Below, piece by piece: positions 42,315 to 51,997 of a stretch of DNA of 64,000 bases. The notes beneath the pieces were generated by a model, which saw only the letters and a program-made list of their open reading frames with translations, had not been told where the DNA came from and did not search any database. Numbering within the stretch: the stretch's first letter is position 1; each line of letters begins with the position of its first letter. The translations under genes and the position numbers were made by a program. The DNA comes from an uncultured Alphaproteobacteria bacterium (GTDB taxonomy: Bacteria; Pseudomonadota; Alphaproteobacteria; RF32; CAG-239): the NCBI GenBank assembly GCA_944391495.1, contig CALXTU010000002.1:211736-275735 (forward strand), in the 5' to 3' direction.

Positions 42315-42884
42315 TTACCATTTGATCATATGTTCAAGAAACGCATCTATAAAATCGGCGCGCCGGTTCTGATAGTCCAGATAATAAGCGTGCTCCCAGA
42401 CATCAAGGCACAACAGAGGCTGGCCGAGGTCCAAAGACACGGGATTATCGGCGTTGGATGTGGCAACGATATCCACCCGGCCGTCTTTCTGCACCGCCCA
42501 GCACCAGCCGCTGCCAAACTGCCCCAGCGCCTTGGCTTTAAACGCCGCTTTAAAAGCATCATACGAATCATAGGCTGCTTCAATCTGCTTCATAATCTTG
42601 ACCGGCGGACGGGTTGCGCCCTCAGCCGACAAAGAGTTCCAGAAAAACTGGTGATTCCATACCTGGCCGGCGTTGTTATAAATCGCGCGGTCGGAGGTTT
42701 TGCGATAACTTTCTTTGATAACCGCTTCCAGCGGCATTTCGGCATAGGGCGTATCTTTAACCAGCTCGTTAAGTTTGTCGATATAGCCGCGGTAATGCCG
42801 GCCGTAGTGAAATTCCATCGTTGCGGACGATATCCACGGGTCCAGCGCCGAGAGTTCAAAAGGCAGCTGCTTCATCTCAAACAT
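42315..42884 (-). CDS. sodB: Fe/Mn superoxide dismutase
   Basis: The product has the metal ligands H..HH..Y and DVWEHAYY. Confidence 0.9.
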   Translation of the reverse strand: MFEMKQLPFELSALDPWISSATMEFHYGRHYRGYIDKLNELVKDTPYAEMPLEAVIKESYRKTSDRAIYNNAGQVWNHQFFWNSLSAEGATRPPVKIMKQIEAAYDSYDAFKAAFKAKALGQFGSGWCWAVQKDGRVDIVATSNADNPVSLDLGQPLLCLDVWEHAYYLDYQNRRADFIDAFLEHMIKW

Positions 42885-42903
42885 CAGATTTTCTCCTTAA
42901 TTT

Positions 42904-43326
42904 TCAGGTTTCGTGATGTTTTTTGATATAAGCATTGGTTCCGATTTCATCAAGCGTCTTTTGTTCGCGGGCGTCAATTTCTTTGCGGCGGCGTTGTTGG
43001 CGGTTTTCGTCAACGATTTCATAAGTCTTGCGCTCTTTGAAGGCGGCGGCCATCTCGTCGCGCAAATTTTCTATCCGCCGGCGCACGGCCTCAAGCTTTT
43101 CTTCCAGCGCCCGGCGGCGTTTTAAGTATAAATCGGTATAAGCGCCGAAATCACCGATGCCAGGATTCTGCATGGCGAAAAGTTTTTCGGCCTCATAGTC
43201 GGCCGTCAGCTTTTTGATTTTGCCGGTTAAACTTTCTTCCTGCTCAAGTTCTGCCGCCAGCCGGCGCTGCAGTTCGTCAAGCTCAAATTTTTTGATACGG
43301 CCGAGAGTTTGCAGCGAGTTGCGCAT
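42904..43326 (-). CDS. fliJ: FliJ-like export chaperone (coiled coil)
   Basis: The 140-aa product is charged and coiled-coil, and its start overlaps the stop of fliI. Confidence 0.45.
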   Translation of the reverse strand: MRNSLQTLGRIKKFELDELQRRLAAELEQEESLTGKIKKLTADYEAEKLFAMQNPGIGDFGAYTDLYLKRRRALEEKLEAVRRRIENLRDEMAAAFKERKTYEIVDENRQQRRRKEIDAREQKTLDEIGTNAYIKKHHET

Positions 43327-43339
43327 TCAGGCCTCCGCT

Positions 43340-44680
43340 CTAATTTTCCGGCACATACGGCGTGGCCAGAATAGCGCCGAGCAATTCGTAACACTGCTCA
43401 AGGGTAAATCTTTCCTGTTTGCCCTGCGCCAAAAAGTCCTCCAGCATCGGATAATAAAAAATTGCCTCGTCAACCTCACGGTTGGAGCCTTTTTTATAAG
43501 CGCCCAGGCGGATAAGTTCGGCCATATCCTCATAAGAGGCAATGTATTTGCGAGCCTTGGCGACCATGGCCGCTTCTTCCGGCGTGTCGCAGTCGGGCAT
43601 GGTTCGCGAAATTGAACGCAGGATATTAATGGCGGGATAACGGTTGCGCTCGGCAATGGCACGGTCAAGCACGATATGCCCGTCCAAAATCGAACGCACG
43701 GCATCGGCCACCGGCTCGTTATGATCATCACCGTCAACCAGAACGGTGAAAAGCCCCGTAATACTGCCGGTTCCGGCACCGGGGCCGGCACGTTCCAGCA
43801 GACGCGGCAGCTCGGAAAAAACACTCGGCGTATAGCCCTTGGAGGCCGGCGGCTCGCCGACGGAAAGCGAGATCTCACGCTGAGCCATGGCAAAACGGGT
43901 GATGGAATCCATCATGCAGAGGACATCTTTGTTTTCATCTCTGAAATATTCGGCAATCGCCATGGTTACATAAGCCGCCTGGCGGCGCAAAAGCGGGCTT
44001 TCGTCGGAAGTGGCCAAGACCAGCACCGACTTTTTAAGCCCCTCTTCGCCCAAAACATCTTCAACAAACTCTTTGGCCTCGCGGCCGCGTTCGCCAATCA
44101 GCCCGATGACCGAAATATCGGAATTGGTGTGGCGGGCCATCATAGACATCAGGGTTGATTTACCGACGCCAGAACCGGCAAAAATACCCATACGCTGGCC
44201 TTTGCAGATGGTCAGAAATGCATTGACGGCCTTAATTCCCAAGTCAACCTTGCCTTTAACCCGGTCGCGAAACTGCGCCGGCGGCGGCGATGATTTTATG
44301 AAATACGGTTTGGCGCCTTTAAGCAGCGGCCCCTTGCCGTCAATCGCCTCGCCAAAGGCGTTGACAATCCGCCCCAGCCAGGACGGATGCGGGTAGATGA
44401 CCGGCTTGGCGTCCAAGACCTCGACCGGGCAGTTGACGCCGATTCCATCCATTGAATCATAAGGCATCAGCAGGATTTTATCATCTTTGAAACTGACAAT
44501 CTCACAGGCAACTTTTTTGCCGCGGTTATTGATAACGTTGCAGCGGTCGCCGACGGCCAGCGGACTCAAAATGCCGCTGACTTCGATAAACAGTCCCTGC
44601 ACGCCGCTTACTCTGCCGTAATAAGATGCGGTGTCAAGCTTGGCCAAAGACTGCAAGATATTGTCGGTTAACTCGCCCAA
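43340..44680 (-). CDS. fliI: flagellum-specific (type III secretion) ATPase FliI
   Basis: The product has the Walker A motif GSGVGKSTL and F1/T3SS ATPase architecture. Confidence 0.8.
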   Translation of the reverse strand: MGELTDNILQSLAKLDTASYYGRVSGVQGLFIEVSGILSPLAVGDRCNVINNRGKKVACEIVSFKDDKILLMPYDSMDGIGVNCPVEVLDAKPVIYPHPSWLGRIVNAFGEAIDGKGPLLKGAKPYFIKSSPPPAQFRDRVKGKVDLGIKAVNAFLTICKGQRMGIFAGSGVGKSTLMSMMARHTNSDISVIGLIGERGREAKEFVEDVLGEEGLKKSVLVLATSDESPLLRRQAAYVTMAIAEYFRDENKDVLCMMDSITRFAMAQREISLSVGEPPASKGYTPSVFSELPRLLERAGPGAGTGSITGLFTVLVDGDDHNEPVADAVRSILDGHIVLDRAIAERNRYPAINILRSISRTMPDCDTPEEAAMVAKARKYIASYEDMAELIRLGAYKKGSNREVDEAIFYYPMLEDFLAQGKQERFTLEQCYELLGAILATPYVPEN

Positions 44681-44783
44681 AGCGCCCTCTTAGTAAAAAA
44701 CACAACTTATTGTATACAATAATATTCTGCTTTTTGCCAGAAATATCAAGGTTATCAACACCAAATCATGCCCGCCGGCAAAA

Positions 44784-44807
44784 AGCTGTTAATAATTATT
44801 AACAGCT
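44784..44807. promoter_or_regulatory. perfect 24-bp palindrome AGCTGTTAATAATTATTAACAGCT with TTAA half-sites in the fliI-ctrA intergenic region; candidate operator
   Basis: The palindrome was seen directly in the sequence. A second perfect 16-bp palindrome, TTATTGTATACAATAA, lies at 44707-44722. Confidence 0.4.
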
Positions 44808-44878
44808 CTAAACAAATCCGTTTTATGGCTATATAGTGATAGCATAAGTGGTAAATTGTTTGGAAAGGAAGCTGTGAG

Positions 44879-45568
44879 ATGCGTGTTTTATTGGTAGAAG
44901 ATGATTTTGCAATCTCGCAAAGCATCGAAACCATGCTCAAGAAAGAGGGCATGATTGTCGATACCACCGATTTGGGCGAAGACGGGCTTGAGATTGGCAA
45001 ATTATACGATTATGACATTATCATTCTGGATCTGATGCTGCCGGATATGAACGGCTATGAAGTTTTGCGCAATCTGCGGGCATCCAAAGTCAACACGCCG
45101 GTTTTGATTCTTTCCGGTTTGAGCGAACCCGACAAAAAAGTCAAAGGTCTGGGGTACGGCGCCGACGATTATCTGACCAAACCTTTTGACAAGAGCGAGT
45201 TGTTGGCCAGAATTCACGCGGTTGTCCGCCGCTCCAAAGGACATTCGGAGTCAATCATCAATACCGGCGACGTTGAGGTCAACCTCGACACCCAGACGGT
45301 TACCGTCTGCGGCAAGCCGCTGCATCTGACCGGCAAAGAATACGGTATTATGGAGCTGTTGTCACTGCGTAAAGGCTCGACCCTCAACAAAGACCAGTTC
45401 TTAAACCACCTGTACGGCGGTATTGACGAACCGGAGCTTAAAATCATTGACGTTTTTATCTGCAAGCTGCGTAAAAAACTCGAAAAAGCCTCCGGCGGCA
45501 AAAATTATATTGAAACGGTCTGGGGCCGCGGTTATGTCTTGCGGGATCCCGACGAACCGAAAGAATAA
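44879..45568 (+). CDS. ctrA: cell-cycle response regulator CtrA (OmpR family)
   Basis: The product reads MRVLLVEDD...[27 protein letters not shown]...[14 protein letters not shown]...[11 protein letters not shown] and is near-collinear with alphaproteobacterial CtrA. Confidence 0.9.
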   Translation: MRVLLVEDDFAISQSIETMLKKEGMIVDTTDLGEDGLEIGKLYDYDIIILDLMLPDMNGYEVLRNLRASKVNTPVLILSGLSEPDKKVKGLGYGADDYLTKPFDKSELLARIHAVVRRSKGHSESIINTGDVEVNLDTQTVTVCGKPLHLTGKEYGIMELLSLRKGSTLNKDQFLNHLYGGIDEPELKIIDVFICKLRKKLEKASGGKNYIETVWGRGYVLRDPDEPKE

Positions 45569-45698
45569 CGGTAAAAGCCTCTCGGATTATGAGAGGCTTT
45601 TTTATGCAGCATAACACAACGCCATTACCTGCCGGCTGCGAACGGAATCGGTGATTTTAAAGAAAAATTTTCCGGCCGGATACAACCGGCCGGTCGGT

Positions 45699-46397
45699 TT
45701 AGCGGCGGATTTCAAAACCTTCAAAGTTGGCCTGCAGATAAGCGAGCAGTTCTTTGTCGGCAAACGGTTTTTCGCAATCGTCTTCCGTGGTGGTTTTGTC
45801 GCTGTCCACCGGCCGGTATTTTTGCAAAAAGTATTTTTTTACGCCTTTATTTTTTAACGCTTCGGCTATCTGCCATAAATCCGCCGAGCTGATAAAACGC
45901 GGATCACAGGTCGTGCGGCACTCAAAGTCTGTTCCGGAAGCCAAAAGCAGATCCAGACTCTGCAACACCCGCGCCAAGTGGTCAACGCCGATAATTTCTT
46001 TATAGCGCGCGGCGTCAAACGGCGCTTTGATATCCAGTCCCACCCAGTCGACCAGGGGCAGTATTTTGGCCAAATGTTCCGGCCGGTAACCGCCGGTATG
46101 CAAACCGATTTTGTAGCCCAGAGCTTTGACCTCACGCATCTTGTCGGCCAGGCAATCCTGCACCAGAGGTTCACCACCGGAAAAAGTTACGGCGTCAAGC
46201 TTGCCGACCCGGGTTTTCAGGAAGTCAAAAAACAACTCCCAAGAAAAATCCGTTTCCCTGACAATCGGACGGATAGAAGCATTGTGACAAAAAGGACAAG
46301 ACCACGGGCAGCCCTGCATAAAGACAACAGCCGACAAAACCCCGGGAAAGTCAACGGCGCTGAATTTCTCAACGCCGCCGACTACAATTTCAGACAT
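45699..46397 (-). CDS. nrdG: anaerobic ribonucleotide reductase activating protein (radical SAM), long NrdG type
   Basis: The product has CPWSCPFCHN and is the last gene of the nrdD operon. The track ORF start at 46454 overlaps the upstream ORF; the Met at 46397 is preferred. Confidence 0.65.
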   Translation of the reverse strand: MSEIVVGGVEKFSAVDFPGVLSAVVFMQGCPWSCPFCHNASIRPIVRETDFSWELFFDFLKTRVGKLDAVTFSGGEPLVQDCLADKMREVKALGYKIGLHTGGYRPEHLAKILPLVDWVGLDIKAPFDAARYKEIIGVDHLARVLQSLDLLLASGTDFECRTTCDPRFISSADLWQIAEALKNKGVKKYFLQKYRPVDSDKTTTEDDCEKPFADKELLAYLQANFEGFEIRR

Positions 46398-46411
46398 TTT
46401 TTGTTTACGGA

Positions 46412-46630
46412 TTATTCCGCCGCGATGTCCATCGCACCACATTCGCAATGGCAAGCGCAGCCGTCAATCGCCTTAAGTTCAGAAAAACATACACGAGAGC
46501 GGTATTCCGATTTTTTGCCGACATTAAATTCGGAGTACGGACGCAGATAGCCCATAACGCGGGTCCATACTTCGCAAGGCTGTCTTTCTTCATCTGCAAG
46601 TTTGATATCTTCAAAATTAACAGTATTCAT
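46412..46630 (-). CDS. stand-alone glycyl-radical loop subunit of class III RNR (split NrdD C-terminus) with an extra CACHCEC cluster
   Basis: The product has its own RBS (ggag). Its segment VWTRVMGYLRPYSEFNVGKKSEYRSRV aligns with the NrdD C-terminus VVRRVCGYLGSPDARPFNAGKQEEVKRRV. Confidence 0.6.
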   Translation of the reverse strand: MNTVNFEDIKLADEERQPCEVWTRVMGYLRPYSEFNVGKKSEYRSRVCFSELKAIDGCACHCECGAMDIAAE

Positions 46631-46666
46631 TAGTTTTCTCCATATTTCTTGTTCAAAAATTAAAAC

Positions 46667-48748
46667 TTAAGCAACATCTTTTCTTGACGCTGCGGCTCTC
46701 TTGGCTGCCTTCAACTCCTCATCGCAGATCGGGCAGTACTTATGTTCTCCTGAAATATATCCATGCTTGGGGCAAATGGAAAAAGTAGGAGTGATGGTAA
46801 TGTACGGCAAACGGTAGTTTGTCAGGACACGTTTGACAATGTCACGGCAAACCTTGGCTGAGGATATTCTCTGGCCCATATACAGGTGCAAAACGGTGCC
46901 GCCGGTATATTTTGTCTGCAGGGTTGACTGCAAGTCCAGAGCCTCAAAGGGGTCATCCGTGTAACCAACCGGCAACTGCGACGAATTGGTATAGAACGGA
47001 TTTTCTTTCGGGCCGGCCTGAATGATGTCAACAAAGCGCTTTTTGTCCTCACGGGCAAAGCGGGTGGTGGCACCCTCGGCAGGCGTGGCCTCCAAATTGT
47101 ACATATGGCCGGTTTCTTCCTGGATTTTTACCAGCTTGTCGCGGATGTAATCCAGGAATTTGATGGCAAAATCCTGTCCCCACTGATCGGCAATATTGTG
47201 CTCGTCATTGGTGTAGTTGCGAATCATCTCGTTGATGCCGTTGACACCGATGGTCGAGAAATGGTTGCGCAAAGTGCCGAGATAACGTTTGGTGTAGGGG
47301 AACAAGCCGCCGTCAATCAGACGCTGAATTAATTTGCGCTTGATTTCCAAAGAGGTTTTGGCCAATTCCAAAAGCTCGTCCAAACGGGCATACAATCCGG
47401 CCTCGTTGCCTTTGTAAACATAACCTAAGCGGGCGCAGTTAAAGGTGACGACGCCGATGGAGCCGGTCTGCTCGGCCGAACCGAACAAGCCGTTGCCGCG
47501 AGCCAGAAGTTCGCGCAAATCAAGCTGCAGGCGGCAGCACATCGAACGAATCTGTCCCGGTTTCAAAACCGAATTGATGAAGTTTTGGAAATAAGGCAGA
47601 CCGTATTTGGCCGTCATCTCAAACAGCAGCTCGGTGTTTTCGTCTTCCCACGGAAAATCCGGCGTCATATTATAAGTCGGGATCGGGAAGGTAAACGGAC
47701 GACCCTTGGTGTCGCCTTTCATCATGACTTCCATATAGGCCTTGTTGATCATATGCATTTCTTCCTGCAGATCACCATAGGTGAAGTCCTGCTCCTCGCC
47801 GGCAATAATCGGATGCTGCGCACGCAAATCCTCCGGGCATACCCAGTCAAAAGTGAAGTTAGTGAACGGTGTCTGGGAACCCCAGCGGGACGGAACATTC
47901 AGGTTGTAAACTAGCTCCTGCATGCTCTGATAAACCTGTTTGTAAGTCAGTTTGTCTTTGCGGACATAAGGCGCCAGATAAGTATCTACCGAGGAGAAAG
48001 CCTGCGCACCGGCCCATTCGTTTTGCAGCGTACCCATAAAGTTGACCATCTGGCCGACGGCAGCCGACAAATGCTTGGCCGGACCGGCTTCAGCCTTACC
48101 CGGAACGCCATTGAAGCCTTCATGCAGCAGATTCTTCAACGACCAGCCGGCGCAATAAGCGGCCAGCATGCTCAAATCATGAATATGCATATCGCCGTTG
48201 CGATGTGCCTCGCCGATGGCTGCCGGATAAACATGGCTCAGCCAGTAGTTGGCGGTAACTTTGCCGGCAACGTTCAAAATCAGGCCGCCGTTGGAATATC
48301 CTTGGTTGGCGTTCTCATTAATGCGCCAGTCGAGTTTTTCCAGATATTCGTTAATCGAACTCTCAACATCGACCATAACTCTATGATCCTGGCGAGCCCG
48401 GTTGCGCTGGTCGCGATACAAAATATAGGCTTTGGCCGTGGCAAAGTAGTTGGCGGAAATCAAAACCTGCTCGACGATATCCTGAATCTGCTCAATTGAC
48501 GGCAGGCTTTCGCTGAATTTGTGTTTCAGCACTTTTAAAACCTGAGCCGTCAGCAGCCGACTCTCATCATCGCCGAATTCCTTGGTCGTGGCGCCGGCTT
48601 TGTTAATGGCATTATAAATTTTGTCGCTGTCAAACGGCGCCAAAGTTCCGTCGCGTTTGACAACTTTTTCAATCCCGACTTTCTTGCCGGCTCCTGAAGA
48701 TTTTTTATTCTCTGCTTCTGACATAATCCGTTTTTCTTCCTTAAACAT
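46667..48748 (-). CDS. nrdD: anaerobic ribonucleoside-triphosphate reductase NrdD (ATP-cone; C-terminally truncated after the Zn ribbon)
   Basis: The N-terminal ATP-cone (VVKRDGTLAPFDSDKIYNAINKA) is present, and the product ends ...CPKHGYISGEHKYCPICDEE without a glycyl-radical motif. Confidence 0.8.
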   Translation of the reverse strand: MFKEEKRIMSEAENKKSSGAGKKVGIEKVVKRDGTLAPFDSDKIYNAINKAGATTKEFGDDESRLLTAQVLKVLKHKFSESLPSIEQIQDIVEQVLISANYFATAKAYILYRDQRNRARQDHRVMVDVESSINEYLEKLDWRINENANQGYSNGGLILNVAGKVTANYWLSHVYPAAIGEAHRNGDMHIHDLSMLAAYCAGWSLKNLLHEGFNGVPGKAEAGPAKHLSAAVGQMVNFMGTLQNEWAGAQAFSSVDTYLAPYVRKDKLTYKQVYQSMQELVYNLNVPSRWGSQTPFTNFTFDWVCPEDLRAQHPIIAGEEQDFTYGDLQEEMHMINKAYMEVMMKGDTKGRPFTFPIPTYNMTPDFPWEDENTELLFEMTAKYGLPYFQNFINSVLKPGQIRSMCCRLQLDLRELLARGNGLFGSAEQTGSIGVVTFNCARLGYVYKGNEAGLYARLDELLELAKTSLEIKRKLIQRLIDGGLFPYTKRYLGTLRNHFSTIGVNGINEMIRNYTNDEHNIADQWGQDFAIKFLDYIRDKLVKIQEETGHMYNLEATPAEGATTRFAREDKKRFVDIIQAGPKENPFYTNSSQLPVGYTDDPFEALDLQSTLQTKYTGGTVLHLYMGQRISSAKVCRDIVKRVLTNYRLPYITITPTFSICPKHGYISGEHKYCPICDEELKAAKRAAASRKDVA

Positions 48749-48785
48749 TTTATCGTTAGACTCGCCATGTCGAATTTGACATTAA

Positions 48786-48832
48786 ACATACAATATCTAG
48801 TCTTAATAAAAAGTAAACTCACTATATATAGT
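48786..48832. promoter_or_regulatory. candidate tandem NrdR boxes upstream of nrdD
   Basis: The box cACTATATATAGTa (48821-48832) and a degenerate ACAATATCTAGT about 31 bp away resemble the NrdR-box core. Confidence 0.4.
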
Positions 48833-49129
48833 ATGCACAATTTTTTTATGATGGTAAATAAAGAACAATAATTCCGATATCTTTTACTGTGGTTCATTCT
48901 AACTTTTACCCCCGCCGGCTCAACCGAAAATTAGTTAACAAAAAGGTGATTCCGCACTATCTATTTAAAAAAAGGCGATAAAAAAATTTTGAGGTTGAGG
49001 ATAAATTTCTTAATAAAATTTTTATTTGGCAATCTGTCTAAAAATTTAGGTAATTTAAGCAAGAAATTAACCAATTTCCGACAATTTCCGAGTCGGATTT
49101 TCAACGGCGGATTCGACTCGGCCGGGAGG

Positions 49130-49900
49130 GTGATTTAACGTTACTTTTGTACGGACAAAAGTAACCAAAAACCGCCGGATATTTCATTCTTTAGAATGGC
49201 GGCACACCTCTACCTGTCATGCCTCCGAATGAAATGAGGATCGGGCATCTTCCGCTCTCTCACCTGTCATGCCGCCAAGGCAAGCATTCTTGCCTTGGCT
49301 AAGGCATCTAAAAGTTGAAGATCGCTTATCCACGTGAAGAATGCTTCCCGAGGAGCGATGACTGTTTTAGGATATGTCATTCTGAGGAGCAGAGCGACGA
49401 AGAATCTGTCCTGTCATGTTGAGCGGGAGCGAAACATCTCAGAAGAGATTCTTCGCTGTCGCTCAGAATGACAGTTTCCTTTATTGTCATGTTGAGGAGC
49501 AAGGCGACGAAACATCTCAATTTAACGTTACTTTTGTACGGACAAAAGTAACCAAAAGCCGCCGGGATAAGCGCTCCTCTTAACGCCCCGGCTGCGCCGG
49601 CATATCAGGCGCCGTAACTTGGCATCTTTGACAAGATGCCGCAGACAAGACGGCGATAAGGCTGACAGACCTGATTCCGGCTTGCCGGGGCTGATACGCG
49701 CAAAATCCCGGACCCTTAAGTATTTGTTCTTTTCCCCAAGAGGCAATGTGCTTAAAGGGAGATTCTTCGGGACTTGCGCCCCTCAGAATGACAGAAAAAG
49801 AATGTCATGTTGAGCGGAAGCGAAACATCTCAGAAGAGATTCTTCGCTGTCGCTCAGAATGACGGGGAAAAAGCGCTCGGGGCAACAAAAAGGAAAAAGC
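49130..49900. repeat. second cluster of modular palindromic repeat elements
   Basis: AACGTTACTTTTGTACGGACAAAAGTAACC occurs twice (49138 and 49523). The GTCATTCTGAG...CGCTCAGAATGAC and CCTGTCATGCC families seen at 29640-29935 are also present. Confidence 0.8.
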
Positions 49901-49926
49901 CTCCGTTTTTGACGGAGGCTTTCGGG

Positions 49927-51834
49927 TTAATTCGGCTGTTTGACGACGTCTTCGCCCAAGACTTCCTCGGCAATATATTCGTCCGTACACTGCCGGCCGA
50001 CACAACGTTTTAAAACCGTTGCCTCCCGCCCCTCGGTCAAACCGCGCAGCTTTACCGACGGTACATAAACATCAGTAATCTTAATTTTAAAGGTAACGTA
50101 AGCCGTTGTCCCCTCTTCATCGGTCAGATAAGCTTTCAGCGTATAAGAGCCGACGTTGCCGGGCATTGCCATACCGACAAAGGCGCGTTTTTCTTCATCA
50201 AACATTACCCAGTCCGGCAGCGGCGAATCGTCAACCAACCCGGCTTTAATGGTGACTTTTCCTTTGAAATCCATCTTGTTCATAATCGCATCGGGAATCC
50301 GGACTTCAAACTTCCGGCCGCTTTCAAGCTCCAGATCCGGCAGCAGTTTTGACGATGACAGATTAACCGGCGGACGTTTAGCCGGAACATCAAGCAGATA
50401 GGGGCGATTGTCCGGCAAAAATTCGCCTTTGCGCCATTTTTCCAAAACACCGCGCAGATAAACGGCTATTTTGGACGGTTTTTCATTGAGCATATAATAA
50501 GGAATCGCGTCCATACCCAACGTGGCATATAGATTGCCCAAAGCATCCTGCAAATTAACATAGGCCAACAGCGCTCTGCCCTCATCGGCAACGGCGCGTG
50601 CCGCTTCAAGCTGAGATTTGGCCGCACGGGCGCCGTCCGTCATGGTTGTGTCTTCGGCAATGTCCTCGGAGGCTTTAGCCAGTTCATCGGCAATCCGGTA
50701 ATCTTCCATTGCCGACATATACCGCGCCCAAGCGACATAAACCTGTGTCAAAACCAATGTCGTCATCCGCTGGCGACGCAGCGCTTCGGCTTCAAAATAT
50801 TTGGGATCTTTGACATTTTCAAAGACTTCCAGACCAACCTCTTTGGCCTTGCGCGACCACATACGGTTATAGTAGGACGGATTGTTTTTGTATTTGACAT
50901 TGCCCGGATCGGAAAAAACTTTGAACGAGGCAATGACCTCGTCAATATTGGTCACCAGATCGCGCACCCGGAGTTCCGGACGATTGGTCAGCGCAACCCA
51001 TTCCATCTCGCTTAACGAGCTTTTGATTTCCGGCAGATCAAAATTGCCGTTTTCCCGACCGACGAGCTTAAATTCGGTGGAGGGATGAAAACCCATTAAT
51101 GAAGCCAGACGAACCTCGGCAGTTTCAAAATCGCGTTTCAAGGCCGATAATTCTTTGACGGATTCCATATATTCACGCTTGCGCTCCAGATCAGCAACAC
51201 TCAGGCTTTTGCCCTCTTTGGCCAGATCGGCCGACTGGGCGTTCAGTTCATCGACGTCAAGCGTCATATATTCGATCATATCATCAATCACCGGCAGTAA
51301 ACGCTGGGCCGACAGGGCTTTCCAATACAAAACCCGCGTTTCCTGCATCAGGTTGTGAATAACCTTGCGGCTCTGTTCATAGGCAACACTGGTCTGATAC
51401 CAGTCATCTTTACTTTGGTAATAAACCGTGCTGACATCAAGAATGTTCCAGGCCAGTTTAAGCTCGGAATCCATTGCGCCGGCGTTGCTGGTATTGACAT
51501 AACCGGCGGAAGAAAAAATTTCCGGCAGACGGTTTGCGGGGTTTTGCCCGACTTCAATCATGCTCTGCTGATAGCTGACCAGCCGGCGGGTATAGTTATA
51601 TTTTAAGGCAAGCGCAAAGGCCATATACATATCTATCGGCTTTTCGATGCGGCGCGGCAGGTTGGCGTACATCGACTGCATATCCGTATCGACGCGAATC
51701 GCCCTGTCCCAATCCGTATAAGCCGCCGGCGCCGGAACGTTTATCTCAACAACCGAATTGCCACCCTCCTTGGAACAAGCGGCAATCATCAGAGAAAAAA
51801 CGCTGAGTAAAACTACTATTTTTTTCATAACCAT
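49927..51834 (-). CDS. NodT/OprM-type outer-membrane efflux lipoprotein fused to a C-terminal putative Ig-like (He_PIG/cadherin-like) domain
   Basis: The product has the lipobox IAACS and OMF-like helical repeats. Its C-terminal segment of about 170 aa reads LPDWVMFDEEKRAFVGMAMPGNVGSYTLKAYLTDEEGT. Confidence 0.6.
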   Translation of the reverse strand: MVMKKIVVLLSVFSLMIAACSKEGGNSVVEINVPAPAAYTDWDRAIRVDTDMQSMYANLPRRIEKPIDMYMAFALALKYNYTRRLVSYQQSMIEVGQNPANRLPEIFSSAGYVNTSNAGAMDSELKLAWNILDVSTVYYQSKDDWYQTSVAYEQSRKVIHNLMQETRVLYWKALSAQRLLPVIDDMIEYMTLDVDELNAQSADLAKEGKSLSVADLERKREYMESVKELSALKRDFETAEVRLASLMGFHPSTEFKLVGRENGNFDLPEIKSSLSEMEWVALTNRPELRVRDLVTNIDEVIASFKVFSDPGNVKYKNNPSYYNRMWSRKAKEVGLEVFENVKDPKYFEAEALRRQRMTTLVLTQVYVAWARYMSAMEDYRIADELAKASEDIAEDTTMTDGARAAKSQLEAARAVADEGRALLAYVNLQDALGNLYATLGMDAIPYYMLNEKPSKIAVYLRGVLEKWRKGEFLPDNRPYLLDVPAKRPPVNLSSSKLLPDLELESGRKFEVRIPDAIMNKMDFKGKVTIKAGLVDDSPLPDWVMFDEEKRAFVGMAMPGNVGSYTLKAYLTDEEGTTAYVTFKIKITDVYVPSVKLRGLTEGREATVLKRCVGRQCTDEYIAEEVLGEDVVKQPN

Positions 51835-51997
51835 ACCCTGTCAAAAATAAACATCTATCGCTTAAGTTATATCAATATTTTGAATATTAACAGTATTTAT
51901 TTGCTTTTATTCAACTTTGTTGTATAAAATTAATAAAAAAGACATTTTTATCTGCGATAATTAAGTTTCAGAAAAAATCAAACTTTCCAGAGGCCGA

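Noticed and set aside
46412-46630. The possibility that the nrdD split is just an assembly frameshift
   Set aside because: It is not rejected outright. The downstream ORF has its own RBS and ATG, and the large ORF ends cleanly after the Zn ribbon, so I report it as a finding. A sequencing error remains the main alternative.
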